Below are positions 27,349 to 36,793 of a DNA stretch of 64,000 nucleotides, piece after piece. The DNA lies in contig CAZLGP010000143.1 of assembly GCA_964558905.1 (NCBI GenBank), positions 47,070-111,069 of the forward strand. Reading direction: 5' to 3'. Position numbers and translations under genes: made by a program. Positions within the stretch are counted from its first letter, which is position 1. The number at the start of each line of letters is the position of its first letter. Source of the stretch: an uncultured Thermoanaerobaculia bacterium. GTDB lineage: Bacteria > Acidobacteriota > Thermoanaerobaculia > Gp7-AA8. The notes under the pieces were generated by a model, which had not been told where the DNA came from, searched no databases, and saw nothing but the letters and a program-made list of their open reading frames with translations.

Positions 27349-30300
27349 TTATCTCCTTCTCTCTTCCTGTCGAGGGGGAAAGGGGGATGAGGCGGATCCG
27401 ATCATCTGGAAGGCGCCCCATGCGCGCGGAGTCTTGCGTGTAGCCGCTGCGTCGCGCCACATTTCCAGTTGTGCGAGGCGCAGGGCCTCGTCGGCCGCGC
27501 GTCCGACGCTGTACTGGCGGTGAAAGCGGACCAGCAGCTCTTCGGTCTCCTTCTGTGCACTGATGTTCCAGAGCGTGCCGACCACTCCCGGCACGCCTGC
27601 GAAGACGAGCGGACGCACCAGCGGTGCGAGGCCGTCGGGCCCGACGGCCGCTCCGCCAGCGCTGCTGCAGGCAGCGAGGACGGCGACCCGCGCCTTCTCC
27701 AGCCGCAGATCGCGCAGCAGCCTCTCCGCGTCGAGCGTTCCCGCATCGTCTTCCGCCGGCGCCAGCAGAAAAAACGAGCGTGAGGGCGCATCCGGATTGG
27801 CCACGCCATGAGCGGCGATGTGAATGACACTGCTGCCGGGAACCAACGCCAGGAACCGGGGGATCGTGGCGCTTTCCCGCGTGAGTGGTTTGACGGAGAT
27901 CAGCGGCTTGTAAACGTCCGCGATGCGATCGATGCGCAAGCCGGGGACCGACTGTTCGAGGCCGCGGGCGAGGTCGTGCTGTTCGTCGAACGCCGGGTCT
28001 CCGAGGAGCAGGACGGATTCGGCGCGGCGCTTTGCAAGCTCTTCGTTCTGCAGCAGCGAGACGACGTAAAGCGTCGCACTGGCGGCGACGGAAACGAGAT
28101 GGCGCTCCATGACGTAGCGCTGGCCGTCGCTCAAAGCGGAAAACGGGAGTCCGTGCATGGCGCGGTCGGGTACGATGACGACGCGCGGTGGATTCGATTC
28201 GTCGAGCGTCTCGCCGATCTTTTCGAGCGGTGCTTTGAGCAGGGCCGCATACGGCTCGGTCAGCGCGAGCCGGAACTGTTCATCGGCCCTCGTCATCGCA
28301 TATCGCTGCAGAGACGCGGACCATTTTGCGATCGCGTCGTTTCCTACGTCGAGCGTCAGCCGTTCCGAATGGCCGCGGCGAATGATCCAGACATACGTCT
28401 TGTCGTCGAGGACACTGTACTGCAGGAGGTACGTGCGCTCCGGAAGCACGCGTTCGACGGTGCCCAGAGGTAACGGTGCGTCGTCCTGGGTAAGCCCTGA
28501 AAACGCGGGCGGAAGGATGTTCCGATGGCGGAGTGCATACAGCGTTTCGGATGCGCGCGACTCTTCCGCCTGGTTGAACGCCTGGGTGTCGTCGTGCTCG
28601 TCGACGAGCAGGCGAACGAGTTGCCGGTAGGCAACCTGACGCCGGGACAAATAGGCGTCCCACAGCGGATCGCGTTTTTGAGGCGTGCTCGACACTTCAA
28701 ACATGCCCCGCGCTTCTTCGCGCAGCGTCTGCACCGCTTCATCCACGTCCTTCAATGCCGCGTCGCGATCGGAGTCCAGACGATAAAGCTCCGCTCGTTG
28801 CAGTAGCAGCGACGCACGAAGGGACTGATAGTGAGTGTGCTGCACGTCCACAATGGCACGGCTGAGTAAGCGGATTGCCGCTGGACGATCTGTCTCCGCA
28901 ACGGCATGCGCCTCCGCCTCGGCAAGACGCGCTCGGAATCCAATCGGGATCGACGCGTCTTGAGGGTTGTCCGACGGGCCGGCCAGCCGCGCCGCCTCCG
29001 CTACGTCGGCGAGCGCACCATCACGATCGTTGAGCCGGGCGCGCATTGTGGCCCGAGCCCTGAATGCAATGCCCAGGTGACGTCGCAAACTGCGGACGAG
29101 TACCTCGTTCTCCGTCTGACTGATCTCGCCCTGGAGATACCGCACCGCCGCGTCCTGGAATCGCAGGCCGATCTCCGGGTGATTCATCTCGGCCGCGAGA
29201 CGCGCGGTCTCACCGAGAAGAAGATGGCGGGCGTTGAAGTCCGATGCGGAGCGACGGGTCAACAGGACCTGCCGCCACGTCTCGTCGATGCTGCCGATCT
29301 CGACGAACATGCCCAGCCGCCGGGATTGGACGCTGCCGAAGTTCTCGACGTCCTTGTTCTGGTCGTAGATCGCGAGTGACTTCGTATATTCGGCCAGCGC
29401 CTGAAAATGATTGCCTTGAACGGAGAGCATGAAGCCGCGGGCGCTATAGGCGCGCGCCAGGATGTACTTGTAGGAATGGCGTTCCGCCTCGCGCTCAGTA
29501 GCCTCGATCAGGCGCAGTGCCTCGACAGGACGTGATGCGGTCATCACCGTGATCAGACCGAGCATCGTGCCGAGACGCAGTGGACTACCCGCGCGCTCGA
29601 GGGCCTCCTTCGCGCGTTCGAAATCCGGCAGGGGCCTTCCGGTCAGGCCTCGCTGAATCGCGCGTGCTTCCGCAAATGCGAGATGACCCTGCTCGAGATC
29701 CGAGAGCGCCCGTGGATCGCGACAGGTTTGCACGCGATGCACGACGTCCTTCAGGTAGCGGTCGTGATTGAGCTTCTCCAGGACGTCCGCGATGGCTGAG
29801 GCGACAGCGAGCTTCTCGTCAGCCTCGCGGGTCTTGCCGGCAGCGGAAGCGACGCTCCAGTCCCGCAGAACTTCCTCCTCGACATAAGCCTGCGCGGACG
29901 AGCGAAACGGCGAGATGAGCGCCTCGAGCACGGTGGGATCAGAGCCACGCATCGCGTCCTCGAGACGGCCCACGTTCAGACGCCATTGAACTGCCTCGTC
30001 TCGTGCCCGTTGCGTGGAAAGCTCGCGCGCGTGGGCTCCGGCTTCGTCTTTCCATCCGCCAGGCATGTCGTTGGCGAGCGGCTGCCATGAGGTGATCGCC
30101 TGTTCGATGAACCCGATGCCCTCCTGGGCGAGCGCGGCATTGAAGCGAGCCTGGGGCAGCCGGGGCTCGCGCTGCAATGCCTCTTCCGCCGCCGCCAGCG
30201 CATACAGGTAGTCCGAGGGCTTGTCCTCACGGCGTGCGCGAGCCAGATGGGCGCCGGCGAGATCGCTGTACAGCTCCGCCGTCAGCTTCTCGGCCGCGAG

Positions 30301-30678
30301 CTCGCCAAGCTTCGTCACCGCCGCGTCGGTGCATGACGGCGCGTACGCGAGCAGTTCGACGGCGTCTTCGTGTGTTCGCATCATCGAGTCACAGCTACCG
30401 ATCTCAATGGACACGAATCGCCGCGGAGTGTTGGTGACTCTGCATCGGACGTTCAGAACGGTCGCGCCCTCGTCAGGCAGCGCGGCGCACGGCTGCCAGG
30501 CGCCGAACCCGCTCAGCCATGGCTCGACGACGCGTAACTGCTCTTCGCGCCCAACCGGACCCGTGTCTTCGGGCGGTGACGGGAGCTCCTTCTTCCTGCA
30601 GGCGTACAGAGAAATGCACAGAGCGACGAGGACAAACGTCCACCGCCACGGAAAGGAAAAAAAGTTCCGCAAAGCCAT
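27349..30678 (-). CDS. TPR + CHAT-domain protease with lipoprotein-like signal peptide
   Basis: VALCISLYAC|RKK lipobox-like sequence; CHAT motifs PDRAMHGLPF, HIAAHG, LAAC, GTLWNIS, WGAF; start either ATG 30678 or TTG 30696. Confidence 0.88.
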   Translation of the reverse strand: MALRNFFSFPWRWTFVLVALCISLYACRKKELPSPPEDTGPVGREEQLRVVEPWLSGFGAWQPCAALPDEGATVLNVRCRVTNTPRRFVSIEIGSCDSMMRTHEDAVELLAYAPSCTDAAVTKLGELAAEKLTAELYSDLAGAHLARARREDKPSDYLYALAAAEEALQREPRLPQARFNAALAQEGIGFIEQAITSWQPLANDMPGGWKDEAGAHARELSTQRARDEAVQWRLNVGRLEDAMRGSDPTVLEALISPFRSSAQAYVEEEVLRDWSVASAAGKTREADEKLAVASAIADVLEKLNHDRYLKDVVHRVQTCRDPRALSDLEQGHLAFAEARAIQRGLTGRPLPDFERAKEALERAGSPLRLGTMLGLITVMTASRPVEALRLIEATEREAERHSYKYILARAYSARGFMLSVQGNHFQALAEYTKSLAIYDQNKDVENFGSVQSRRLGMFVEIGSIDETWRQVLLTRRSASDFNARHLLLGETARLAAEMNHPEIGLRFQDAAVRYLQGEISQTENEVLVRSLRRHLGIAFRARATMRARLNDRDGALADVAEAARLAGPSDNPQDASIPIGFRARLAEAEAHAVAETDRPAAIRLLSRAIVDVQHTHYQSLRASLLLQRAELYRLDSDRDAALKDVDEAVQTLREEARGMFEVSSTPQKRDPLWDAYLSRRQVAYRQLVRLLVDEHDDTQAFNQAEESRASETLYALRHRNILPPAFSGLTQDDAPLPLGTVERVLPERTYLLQYSVLDDKTYVWIIRRGHSERLTLDVGNDAIAKWSASLQRYAMTRADEQFRLALTEPYAALLKAPLEKIGETLDESNPPRVVIVPDRAMHGLPFSALSDGQRYVMERHLVSVAASATLYVVSLLQNEELAKRRAESVLLLGDPAFDEQHDLARGLEQSVPGLRIDRIADVYKPLISVKPLTRESATIPRFLALVPGSSVIHIAAHGVANPDAPSRSFFLLAPAEDDAGTLDAERLLRDLRLEKARVAVLAACSSAGGAAVGPDGLAPLVRPLVFAGVPGVVGTLWNISAQKETEELLVRFHRQYSVGRAADEALRLAQLEMWRDAAATRKTPRAWGAFQMIGSASSPFPPRQEERRR

Positions 30679-30698
30679 CTCCTGGAAGAGGCGCAATG

Positions 30699-30727
30699 TT
30701 TACCGAATGAATGAGTTAGGCTATGAT
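30699..30727 (+). promoter_or_regulatory. Sigma70-type promoter for the ECF sigma gene (TTTACC-N17-TATGAT)
   Basis: -35-like TTTACC at 30699-30704, exact 17-bp spacer, -10 TATGAT at 30722-30727, 14 nt before ATG 30742. Confidence 0.6.
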
Positions 30728-30741
30728 ACCGGAAAGTCTGA

Positions 30742-31278
30742 ATGGGCGACGACGAGAAGCAGTTCGAGGAACTGTACAAGTTCTATCCCGGCGTCCTCGC
30801 ACTGCTGCGGCGCCTCGGATTTCCTCACGACGAAGCGGAGGAGCTCGCCCAGGAATCGTTCGTGCGTGTCTTTAGAGGCATGAAGGACTATCGCGGAGAC
30901 GCGCAGTGGGCTTATCTGGAAAAGACGGTCCGGCGCGTCGCCGCGAACGCGATCCGCGCGAAGAACGCGGGAAAGCGCCACGGGGAGACGGTCTCGGATG
31001 CAGTGCTGGCGATGCTGCCGGATTCCAGCGTGCCTTTGCCCGATGCGGGCTTGGCTCAGAGGGATGTCGTGAAGCGCGTGCGCGAAGCGATCGCAAAGCT
31101 CGAACGAATCGATCAGACGGTTCTCCTCTTGCGATTGAATGGCCGGTCGTATGACGAGATCGTAACGGGCCTCGGCATCTCGATGTCGGCCGTCAAATCG
31201 CGCCTGAACATCGCGCGCAGACGTTTGAAGGAACTGCTGGGCCATGACCCGGGGCTGCGGGGGAGTGATGATCACTAA
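30742..31278 (+). CDS. ECF-type RNA polymerase sigma factor
   Basis: Region 2 EAEELAQESFVRVF; region 4 VLLLRLNGRSYDEIVTGLGISMSAVKSRLNIARRRL. Confidence 0.9.
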   Translation: MGDDEKQFEELYKFYPGVLALLRRLGFPHDEAEELAQESFVRVFRGMKDYRGDAQWAYLEKTVRRVAANAIRAKNAGKRHGETVSDAVLAMLPDSSVPLPDAGLAQRDVVKRVREAIAKLERIDQTVLLLRLNGRSYDEIVTGLGISMSAVKSRLNIARRRLKELLGHDPGLRGSDDH

Positions 31279-32005
31279 ATCGCATTGGCAAGACGCCTAT
31301 CGTGACATTCTCGAGGACGGACGCGAGCGTATCCAGCCGCCGTCCGCGGAGAAGATCGAAGAGCTGCTGGAAGGAAAGTTGCCGGAAAAGGAGGCGGAGC
31401 TCGTTCGCGAGTCGCTCGCGTACTACCCGGAATTGCTGCGTGTCATGACGGAGCCGGTTCCCGCCGATCCGTCCAGCGTGGTAACGGATGAGGAGGTTGC
31501 GGGCGGTCTTGCGCGACTCAGACAGCGCATCCAGCGCGAGTCCGAGCCGGTGGGCATCCGCCGCCCGCGCCGTCCCTTTCGCCGCATCCTGATGCCTGCG
31601 GCCGCGGTCGTGATTCTGCTCGCAGGCGGCATTCTGGCCTACCAGCGAACACATCGGTTCGAGGGAACTTCGGTTCTGTTGTCTGCGGATGGCGAGCTTG
31701 CCGGGCCGAGCGCAGGCGGCCAGACGCCCCATCAGCTCTCCACCGAAACCGACTATCTGCTCGAGCCGGCGTTTCTGCCTGATCGTAAGTTCGCGGCCTA
31801 CAAGCTGGAGCTTCTCGACTTGTCCGGCGATGCCCCCCGCGTCGTCGAGTCCTGGACGGATGTTCGTCAGGAGCGCGACGGCTCATTCCCGGTCCCGCTG
31901 TCGACGAAAGGATTTATCGAAGGGCGATATCGACTGGTGCTCTATGGGGTGGACGACAAGCCGGTGCGACTCGCCACCTTCACAATCCGTCTCAGCCGGC
32001 GCTGA
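31268..32005 (+). CDS. Putative anti-sigma factor (N-terminal helical domain, single TM, extracytoplasmic beta-rich domain)
   Basis: Overlaps the sigma stop; TM ILMPAAAVVILLAGGILAY; position is typical of anti-sigma genes. Confidence 0.7.
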   Translation: MITKSHWQDAYRDILEDGRERIQPPSAEKIEELLEGKLPEKEAELVRESLAYYPELLRVMTEPVPADPSSVVTDEEVAGGLARLRQRIQRESEPVGIRRPRRPFRRILMPAAAVVILLAGGILAYQRTHRFEGTSVLLSADGELAGPSAGGQTPHQLSTETDYLLEPAFLPDRKFAAYKLELLDLSGDAPRVVESWTDVRQERDGSFPVPLSTKGFIEGRYRLVLYGVDDKPVRLATFTIRLSRR

Positions 32006-32395
32006 GTCCGCTGTCGTCGCGGTGACGCGCGGCGAGAACGTGGACGACGCCCTCGGCGAGCTCCCTCTGGCCGGCGCGCGGGCCGCGGAACACGCCGTCG
32101 CCGAGATGAATGCGGATCTTCTCCGCGTCGACAGCGCATCGCGCCTCCCACACCACATCCTCGCCCGCACGGATCACCCAGTCGGTGCAGAGGTGCTGGT
32201 TCCGTCCGCGTCGTCGAACGCCGCAATGACCATATGCACGTCCGCCGCATGCACGACCTGGTCGTCCCTCTCCGGCTCGCGGAGGACCGGGGCAGCCGGG
32301 CACTCGCCGCTCGGGCGGACCAGACGAGAAGGAGCGGCAGAAGGGGAAACCGGTGCGCCGGAGCATGGCGAGAACCGCCAACCGGCAACCGCCAA
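31992..32395 (-). pseudogene. Probable frameshifted remnant of a secreted Fn3-like-domain gene
   Basis: GC3-rich coding-like segments in two frames (...PVLREPERDDQVVHAADVHMVIAAFDDADG / NQHLCTDWVIRAGEDVVWEARC...ARHRDDSG) join at a single-base shift near 32200. Confidence 0.3.
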
Positions 32396-32421
32396 CCGTT
32401 TCGCATAAGCTTTGCGGCGCC

Positions 32422-33099
32422 ATGAAGGACCCCACCGATCTCGCCCTCGCCAACGCGGAGCTCGATGCGCTGGTCAACGACCGCGGCCTGCTCACTGGTC
32501 CGCGTCCGTCGATCGACCGCGACAAGCTCCAGCATCACCTGCGCGAGGCACTGCGGCTGCTGCACGTCGACCTCGAGAACGAGAACGTCCTAGACACCCC
32601 TCGGCGGTGGGCGGAGTCGCTGATCACGATGACCAGCGGCTACGACTTCACGGACATCAGGAAGCTGACGACTCTCTTCCGCAAGGCCTGCTCACGCGCG
32701 GACGAGCACTGCCAGAATCTGGTGATCATCGGCGGGACCTACAAGACCCTCTGCGCGCACCATATCCTGCCGTTCTTCGGCCACTTCATCATCGGCTACA
32801 TCCCGGAGCGGATGATCATCGGCGCATCGAAGATCCCCCGCATCGTCGAGGTGCACATGCGCCGGCTGCAGTCACAGGAGCATCTGGCGCACGACGTGGC
32901 CGACACCATCGAAAAAATCCTCGAGCCGCGCGGGATCGCGGTCTGGATGGGTGGCGTGCACCTCTGCATGGTGATGCGCGGCGTGGAGCAGGAGTCGTCG
33001 TTCATGGAGACCAACGTCCTCCGCGGCGAGTTCCTGAACGACGAGAAGACGCGGCAGGAGTTCATGTCGATCGTGAACCGCCGCGGAACGCGCACCTAG
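32422..33099 (+). CDS. folE: GTP cyclohydrolase I
   Basis: DTPRRWA, CAHHILPFFG, SKIPRIVE...RRLQSQE, HLCMVMRGV. Confidence 0.92.
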   Translation: MKDPTDLALANAELDALVNDRGLLTGPRPSIDRDKLQHHLREALRLLHVDLENENVLDTPRRWAESLITMTSGYDFTDIRKLTTLFRKACSRADEHCQNLVIIGGTYKTLCAHHILPFFGHFIIGYIPERMIIGASKIPRIVEVHMRRLQSQEHLAHDVADTIEKILEPRGIAVWMGGVHLCMVMRGVEQESSFMETNVLRGEFLNDEKTRQEFMSIVNRRGTRT

Positions 33100-33154
33100 C
33101 CAACCTAGCCGGCACGTCCGGCGGCGTGGGTGGGCGGGCGGCGCTCACGGGTGG

Positions 33155-33249
33155 AGTCTCAAAGTCGCAAAGTCGCAAAGTCTCAAAGATGGAGGTCGGC
33201 GCCTTTTCTTTGAGACTTTGAGACTTTGAGACTCTGAGACTTTGAGACT
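33155..33249. repeat. Inverted pair of 8-mer tandem arrays (AGTCKCAA)n ... (TTGAGACT)n
   Basis: Directly visible: 4 units at 33155-33188 and about 5 units at 33208-33249. Confidence 0.9.
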
Positions 33250-33357
33250 GGAAGACCCGAAGACTCCCTACCAGAGCGGTAGCTCCCGCCCTTCCCGCCG
33301 CCCGCGCCGCGCACTCTAGAACCGAGGCGCTCCGCGTACGTACACTGTTTACGCGCC

Positions 33358-36108
33358 ATGTCGCCGCGTTCCCGCTTTCTCCTCATCTTCGTCCTGACGA
33401 TCCTCGTCGTCGGCGCGGCCGTCGGCTACATGATCGGACACGCCCGCCACTGGCACGAACGCGGCTGGAGCGGCGTGATGTACCTCTCGAAGACGACGCC
33501 GCCGCAGGAAAGACTGGGGTTCCGCGGATACCAGGTGATGGCCACGGTGGCTGGAAGCCCGGCCGACGGGAAGCTCCGTTATCGCGACGAGGTCCTCTCC
33601 CTGAGCGGGATCGCGCGCGACGACCTGAAGCGGCTGGCGGCGCTCGACGCCGAGACCCGCCGCGGTTCGGTCGTCGTCTATCGGATCCGCCGCGGGGAGG
33701 CCGTGATCGACGTGCCGCTGCGGTTCGAGTCGCCGTTGCGTAGCCGGTTCGTGATCGTGCGTCACGCCGCGGCGCTGATCGTGGCGGTCACATTCCTCGC
33801 CATCGCCCTGCTCATCGTGGCGCGTGCGCCGCGCGATGCGCGTGCGACAGTCTTCTACGCTCTTGCCCTGGTCACCGCGGTGGCGATTCTGCTTTCCGCC
33901 GCTACGGTCTACGAGCAGTCCGGCGGCCGCGGGATCATGCTCTCGCCGTTTCCGACGTTGATGACGATCTACGTCGTCGCGGCCTGCGCGTTTGCTTATC
34001 CACCGCTCATCCTCCATCTCTGCCTGATCTTTCCCAGGCGCCGCCCGATCCTCGAGAAGAAACCGAAGCTGCTGCACTGGATCTACGCGGTGGCGCTGGT
34101 GGGCGTGCTGATGCTGACCTTCATGATGGCGTTCCTGTCACTCATCGACTGGAGCGACGTCGAGGGGAGCAGCCGGAGGATCGAACCGTACGTGCGGCCG
34201 GTTTTCCACGCGCTGAGCCTACTGCCGGTCCTGATCGGTCTGAACATCCTCTGGGCCGCGCGCCGGGAGGGCGTGATGCGCGCGATCACCGCGCGTCCGT
34301 TCCGCGTCGTCGGCGCGATCGGAGCGTTGCCGATTGCCCTCGCCCGCGGCGTGGGGATGCTCTTTTCCGACACCATTGCGGGGTTCCTCACGGTCCTCGC
34401 GATGGGAGTGCCCGTGCTGGCGCTCGGCACGTTCCCGCTCTTCGCGCTGGCCGCGCTCATCCAGAGCTATCGTGAAGCGAACGCGGAAGAGAAGCGTCAG
34501 GTCGCGTGGCCGCTGTGGGGGCTGCTCCTGACGATCGGCGTGAAGGTCCTGGCCGTGGTCTTCGCGGGCGGGCTCTCGTTGTGGCTGACGTTCACACAGC
34601 GGGACATGATTGCGTGGCGCGATACGCTCCAGACCCTCGGCATCATCCCCCTGCTCTTCACGCTCGCCATCCCTGTGTCCTTTGCGGTGGCGATTCTCAA
34701 GTACCGGCTGATGAACATCGATCTGATCATCCGGAAGACGGTCGTCTACGCGGTTCTCAGCGGCGCGATCGTCCTGATGTACCTCGGTCTGGTCGGCGGC
34801 CTGGGCTCGTTCCTCGTCTACGTCTTCGGAATGGAGAACCAGACCACGATGATCATCGGCTCGACGCTCGTCGTGGCCCTGTTGTTCGTGCCGCTGCGGA
34901 ATCGGCTGCAGCTCCTCGTCGACCGCAATCTCTTCCCGCACAGGTACGAGTACCCCGAGGCTCTGCGGGCGATCTCGGAGGAGAGCCGCACGAGCGACGA
35001 CGCGGGGGCGTTTCTGGCCTCGGCCGCGGAGAAGCTGCAGCAGGCGTTGCAGAGTCGAGCCATCGTCATCTTCGCGGAGCGTCAGGAGGAATACGTCGCC
35101 GCGGCGAAGGTTGGCGTCGCGGACTCGCTGGTTGGTCGTCTGCGCCTGCGGCACACATTTGCGGAGCTGCTCGACCGCCCGTTCGATCCGCGCCGCCGGA
35201 CGCTCCCCGAGGATGCTGCCGCGGCGCTGGCGCGGCTCGAGGCCGTGCTCGTCGTGCCGATCGGAGCACGCGGCTTCATCGCGGCGGCGCCGAAGCTCTC
35301 CGGTGGCGAATACGACGTCGAAGACATCGACTTCTTCCGTCAGATCGCCCAACAGCTTGCGCTTGGCGTCAACCGCATCCGCATGGTCGTCGAGGAGGCG
35401 GACTTCGATCACGCGCGGGCGATCCAGCAGGCACTGCTGCCGCGGGAGATGCCGCGCGTCGCCAACGTCGACGTCAGCGGCGTATGGCAGCCGGCGCGGA
35501 TGATGGGCGGCGATTACTACGATCTGCTGCCTCTGAGCGATACCGAGCTCGCGATCTGCATCGGCGACGTCGCCGGCAAAGGAATGCCCGCCGCGCTTCT
35601 CATGTCCGGCCTGCAGGCTGCCGTCCGTGCCTCGGCCAGCAGCTCGCCGCGCGATCTCTGTGAGCGAGTGCGCCGCGTGGTCGTCTCCAGTCTCTCCGGT
35701 GGACGCTTCGTCACGTTCTTCTACGCCACCGTCGATACGGCCGCGATGCGTCTGCGGTGGTGCAACGCGGGACACAATGCGCCGATCCTGGCTCGCGCCG
35801 ACGGCACGATCGTGCGTCTCGCCGAGGGTGGGCCGGCATTCAACCGGCTGTTTCGGGGAGCGTACGAGGAGCGCGAGATCGCGATCGCATCGGGCGACCG
35901 CATCGTCCTCTTCACGGATGGTGTCAGCGAGGCGACTGACGCCGCCGGCGAGATGTTTGGCGAGGAGCGCATCGAGGAGCTGGTGACGGATTGTCGTGAC
36001 CTGGCCGCTACGGAACTGCAACAAACCATCGTCGATGCCGCCAGCGTGTACAGCGGCGGCGAGCTCGAGGATGATGTCACCCTGGTCGTCGTCCGCGTCA
36101 CGGAGTAG
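33358..36108 (+). CDS. Membrane sensor PP2C/SpoIIE-type phosphatase (PDZ-like domain, multi-TM region, GAF-like domain, PP2C)
   Basis: GGDYYD, IGDVAGKGMPAAL, FTDGVSEA, DDVT; many TM helices. Confidence 0.9.
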   Translation: MSPRSRFLLIFVLTILVVGAAVGYMIGHARHWHERGWSGVMYLSKTTPPQERLGFRGYQVMATVAGSPADGKLRYRDEVLSLSGIARDDLKRLAALDAETRRGSVVVYRIRRGEAVIDVPLRFESPLRSRFVIVRHAAALIVAVTFLAIALLIVARAPRDARATVFYALALVTAVAILLSAATVYEQSGGRGIMLSPFPTLMTIYVVAACAFAYPPLILHLCLIFPRRRPILEKKPKLLHWIYAVALVGVLMLTFMMAFLSLIDWSDVEGSSRRIEPYVRPVFHALSLLPVLIGLNILWAARREGVMRAITARPFRVVGAIGALPIALARGVGMLFSDTIAGFLTVLAMGVPVLALGTFPLFALAALIQSYREANAEEKRQVAWPLWGLLLTIGVKVLAVVFAGGLSLWLTFTQRDMIAWRDTLQTLGIIPLLFTLAIPVSFAVAILKYRLMNIDLIIRKTVVYAVLSGAIVLMYLGLVGGLGSFLVYVFGMENQTTMIIGSTLVVALLFVPLRNRLQLLVDRNLFPHRYEYPEALRAISEESRTSDDAGAFLASAAEKLQQALQSRAIVIFAERQEEYVAAAKVGVADSLVGRLRLRHTFAELLDRPFDPRRRTLPEDAAAALARLEAVLVVPIGARGFIAAAPKLSGGEYDVEDIDFFRQIAQQLALGVNRIRMVVEEADFDHARAIQQALLPREMPRVANVDVSGVWQPARMMGGDYYDLLPLSDTELAICIGDVAGKGMPAALLMSGLQAAVRASASSSPRDLCERVRRVVVSSLSGGRFVTFFYATVDTAAMRLRWCNAGHNAPILARADGTIVRLAEGGPAFNRLFRGAYEEREIAIASGDRIVLFTDGVSEATDAAGEMFGEERIEELVTDCRDLAATELQQTIVDAASVYSGGELEDDVTLVVVRVTE

Positions 36109-36109
36109 G

Positions 36110-36574
36110 ATGTCCCGCATGCGGAAATCCCTGCTCCCGGTGCTGCTTCTGCTGTCTCTTACCGCTTCGATCTCTGCGCGCAAAGCGGATGCGACCAAGC
36201 CGCAGACGATGAGCGGAGAAGCGGTCGTGAGGAGCATCGGAGCGAACCGCATCGCCGTCCTGCTCGACACGAACGAGGACCAGGCGGTGGATCAGGGCTT
36301 CCTCCTCTCCTCCGACCTGCCCGTGTCGTCGACCAGCGCGCGCTGCCCAACGGCGAGCGTCGAGTTCACGGACGGTTACGTTCGCCTCACGTACGACACG
36401 AAAGTGGTCGAGCTCTACGTTGCCGGGTACCCGGAGCCGCCGGCCGTGCCCGGCAATAAGGACATCACCAAATTCGTCGGCTACGCGCTCCAGCACAGCA
36501 GCGGGACCAGTGGCTGCAATCTGGAGCGCGCGATGACCGATGCGGGCGCGTGCTTCGGCTACGGCAGAGAGTAG
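36110..36574 (+). CDS. Secreted hypothetical protein
   Basis: Starts 1 bp after the phosphatase stop; signal peptide MRKSLLPVLLLLSLTASISA; alternative ATG at 36119. Confidence 0.7.
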   Translation: MSRMRKSLLPVLLLLSLTASISARKADATKPQTMSGEAVVRSIGANRIAVLLDTNEDQAVDQGFLLSSDLPVSSTSARCPTASVEFTDGYVRLTYDTKVVELYVAGYPEPPAVPGNKDITKFVGYALQHSSGTSGCNLERAMTDAGACFGYGRE

Positions 36575-36600
36575 CCGGCACTTTCGACGAACTGTTCAGA

Positions 36601-36688
36601 GTGTCATCCTGCGCCGCGTAGACGGCGAAGGACCTTCTCCGTTCCATGATGGAAGGTCCTTCGCTGTCTACGCAGCTCAGGATGACAC
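36601..36688. repeat. REP-like palindrome (GTGTCATCCTG...GCGAAGGACCTT / AAGGTCCTTCGC...CAGGATGACAC)
   Basis: About 35-bp imperfect inverted repeat visible in the sequence. Confidence 0.85.
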
Positions 36689-36793
36689 GGCTTTCTGCCG
36701 CGCAGGCCAGGAGGGGGTTCCCTTCCGAAGCGTCCGGGACTAGATTTCCGTCACGAAACGTTCTTCGGCGTGCGCGCGTAAAGTAGAGAAGCC

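Noticed and set aside
32422-33099. folE as part of a 7-deazaguanine DNA-modification (dpd/que) cluster
   Set aside because: No queD/queE/queC/dpdA-like genes lie nearby; it is most simply a housekeeping or second folE
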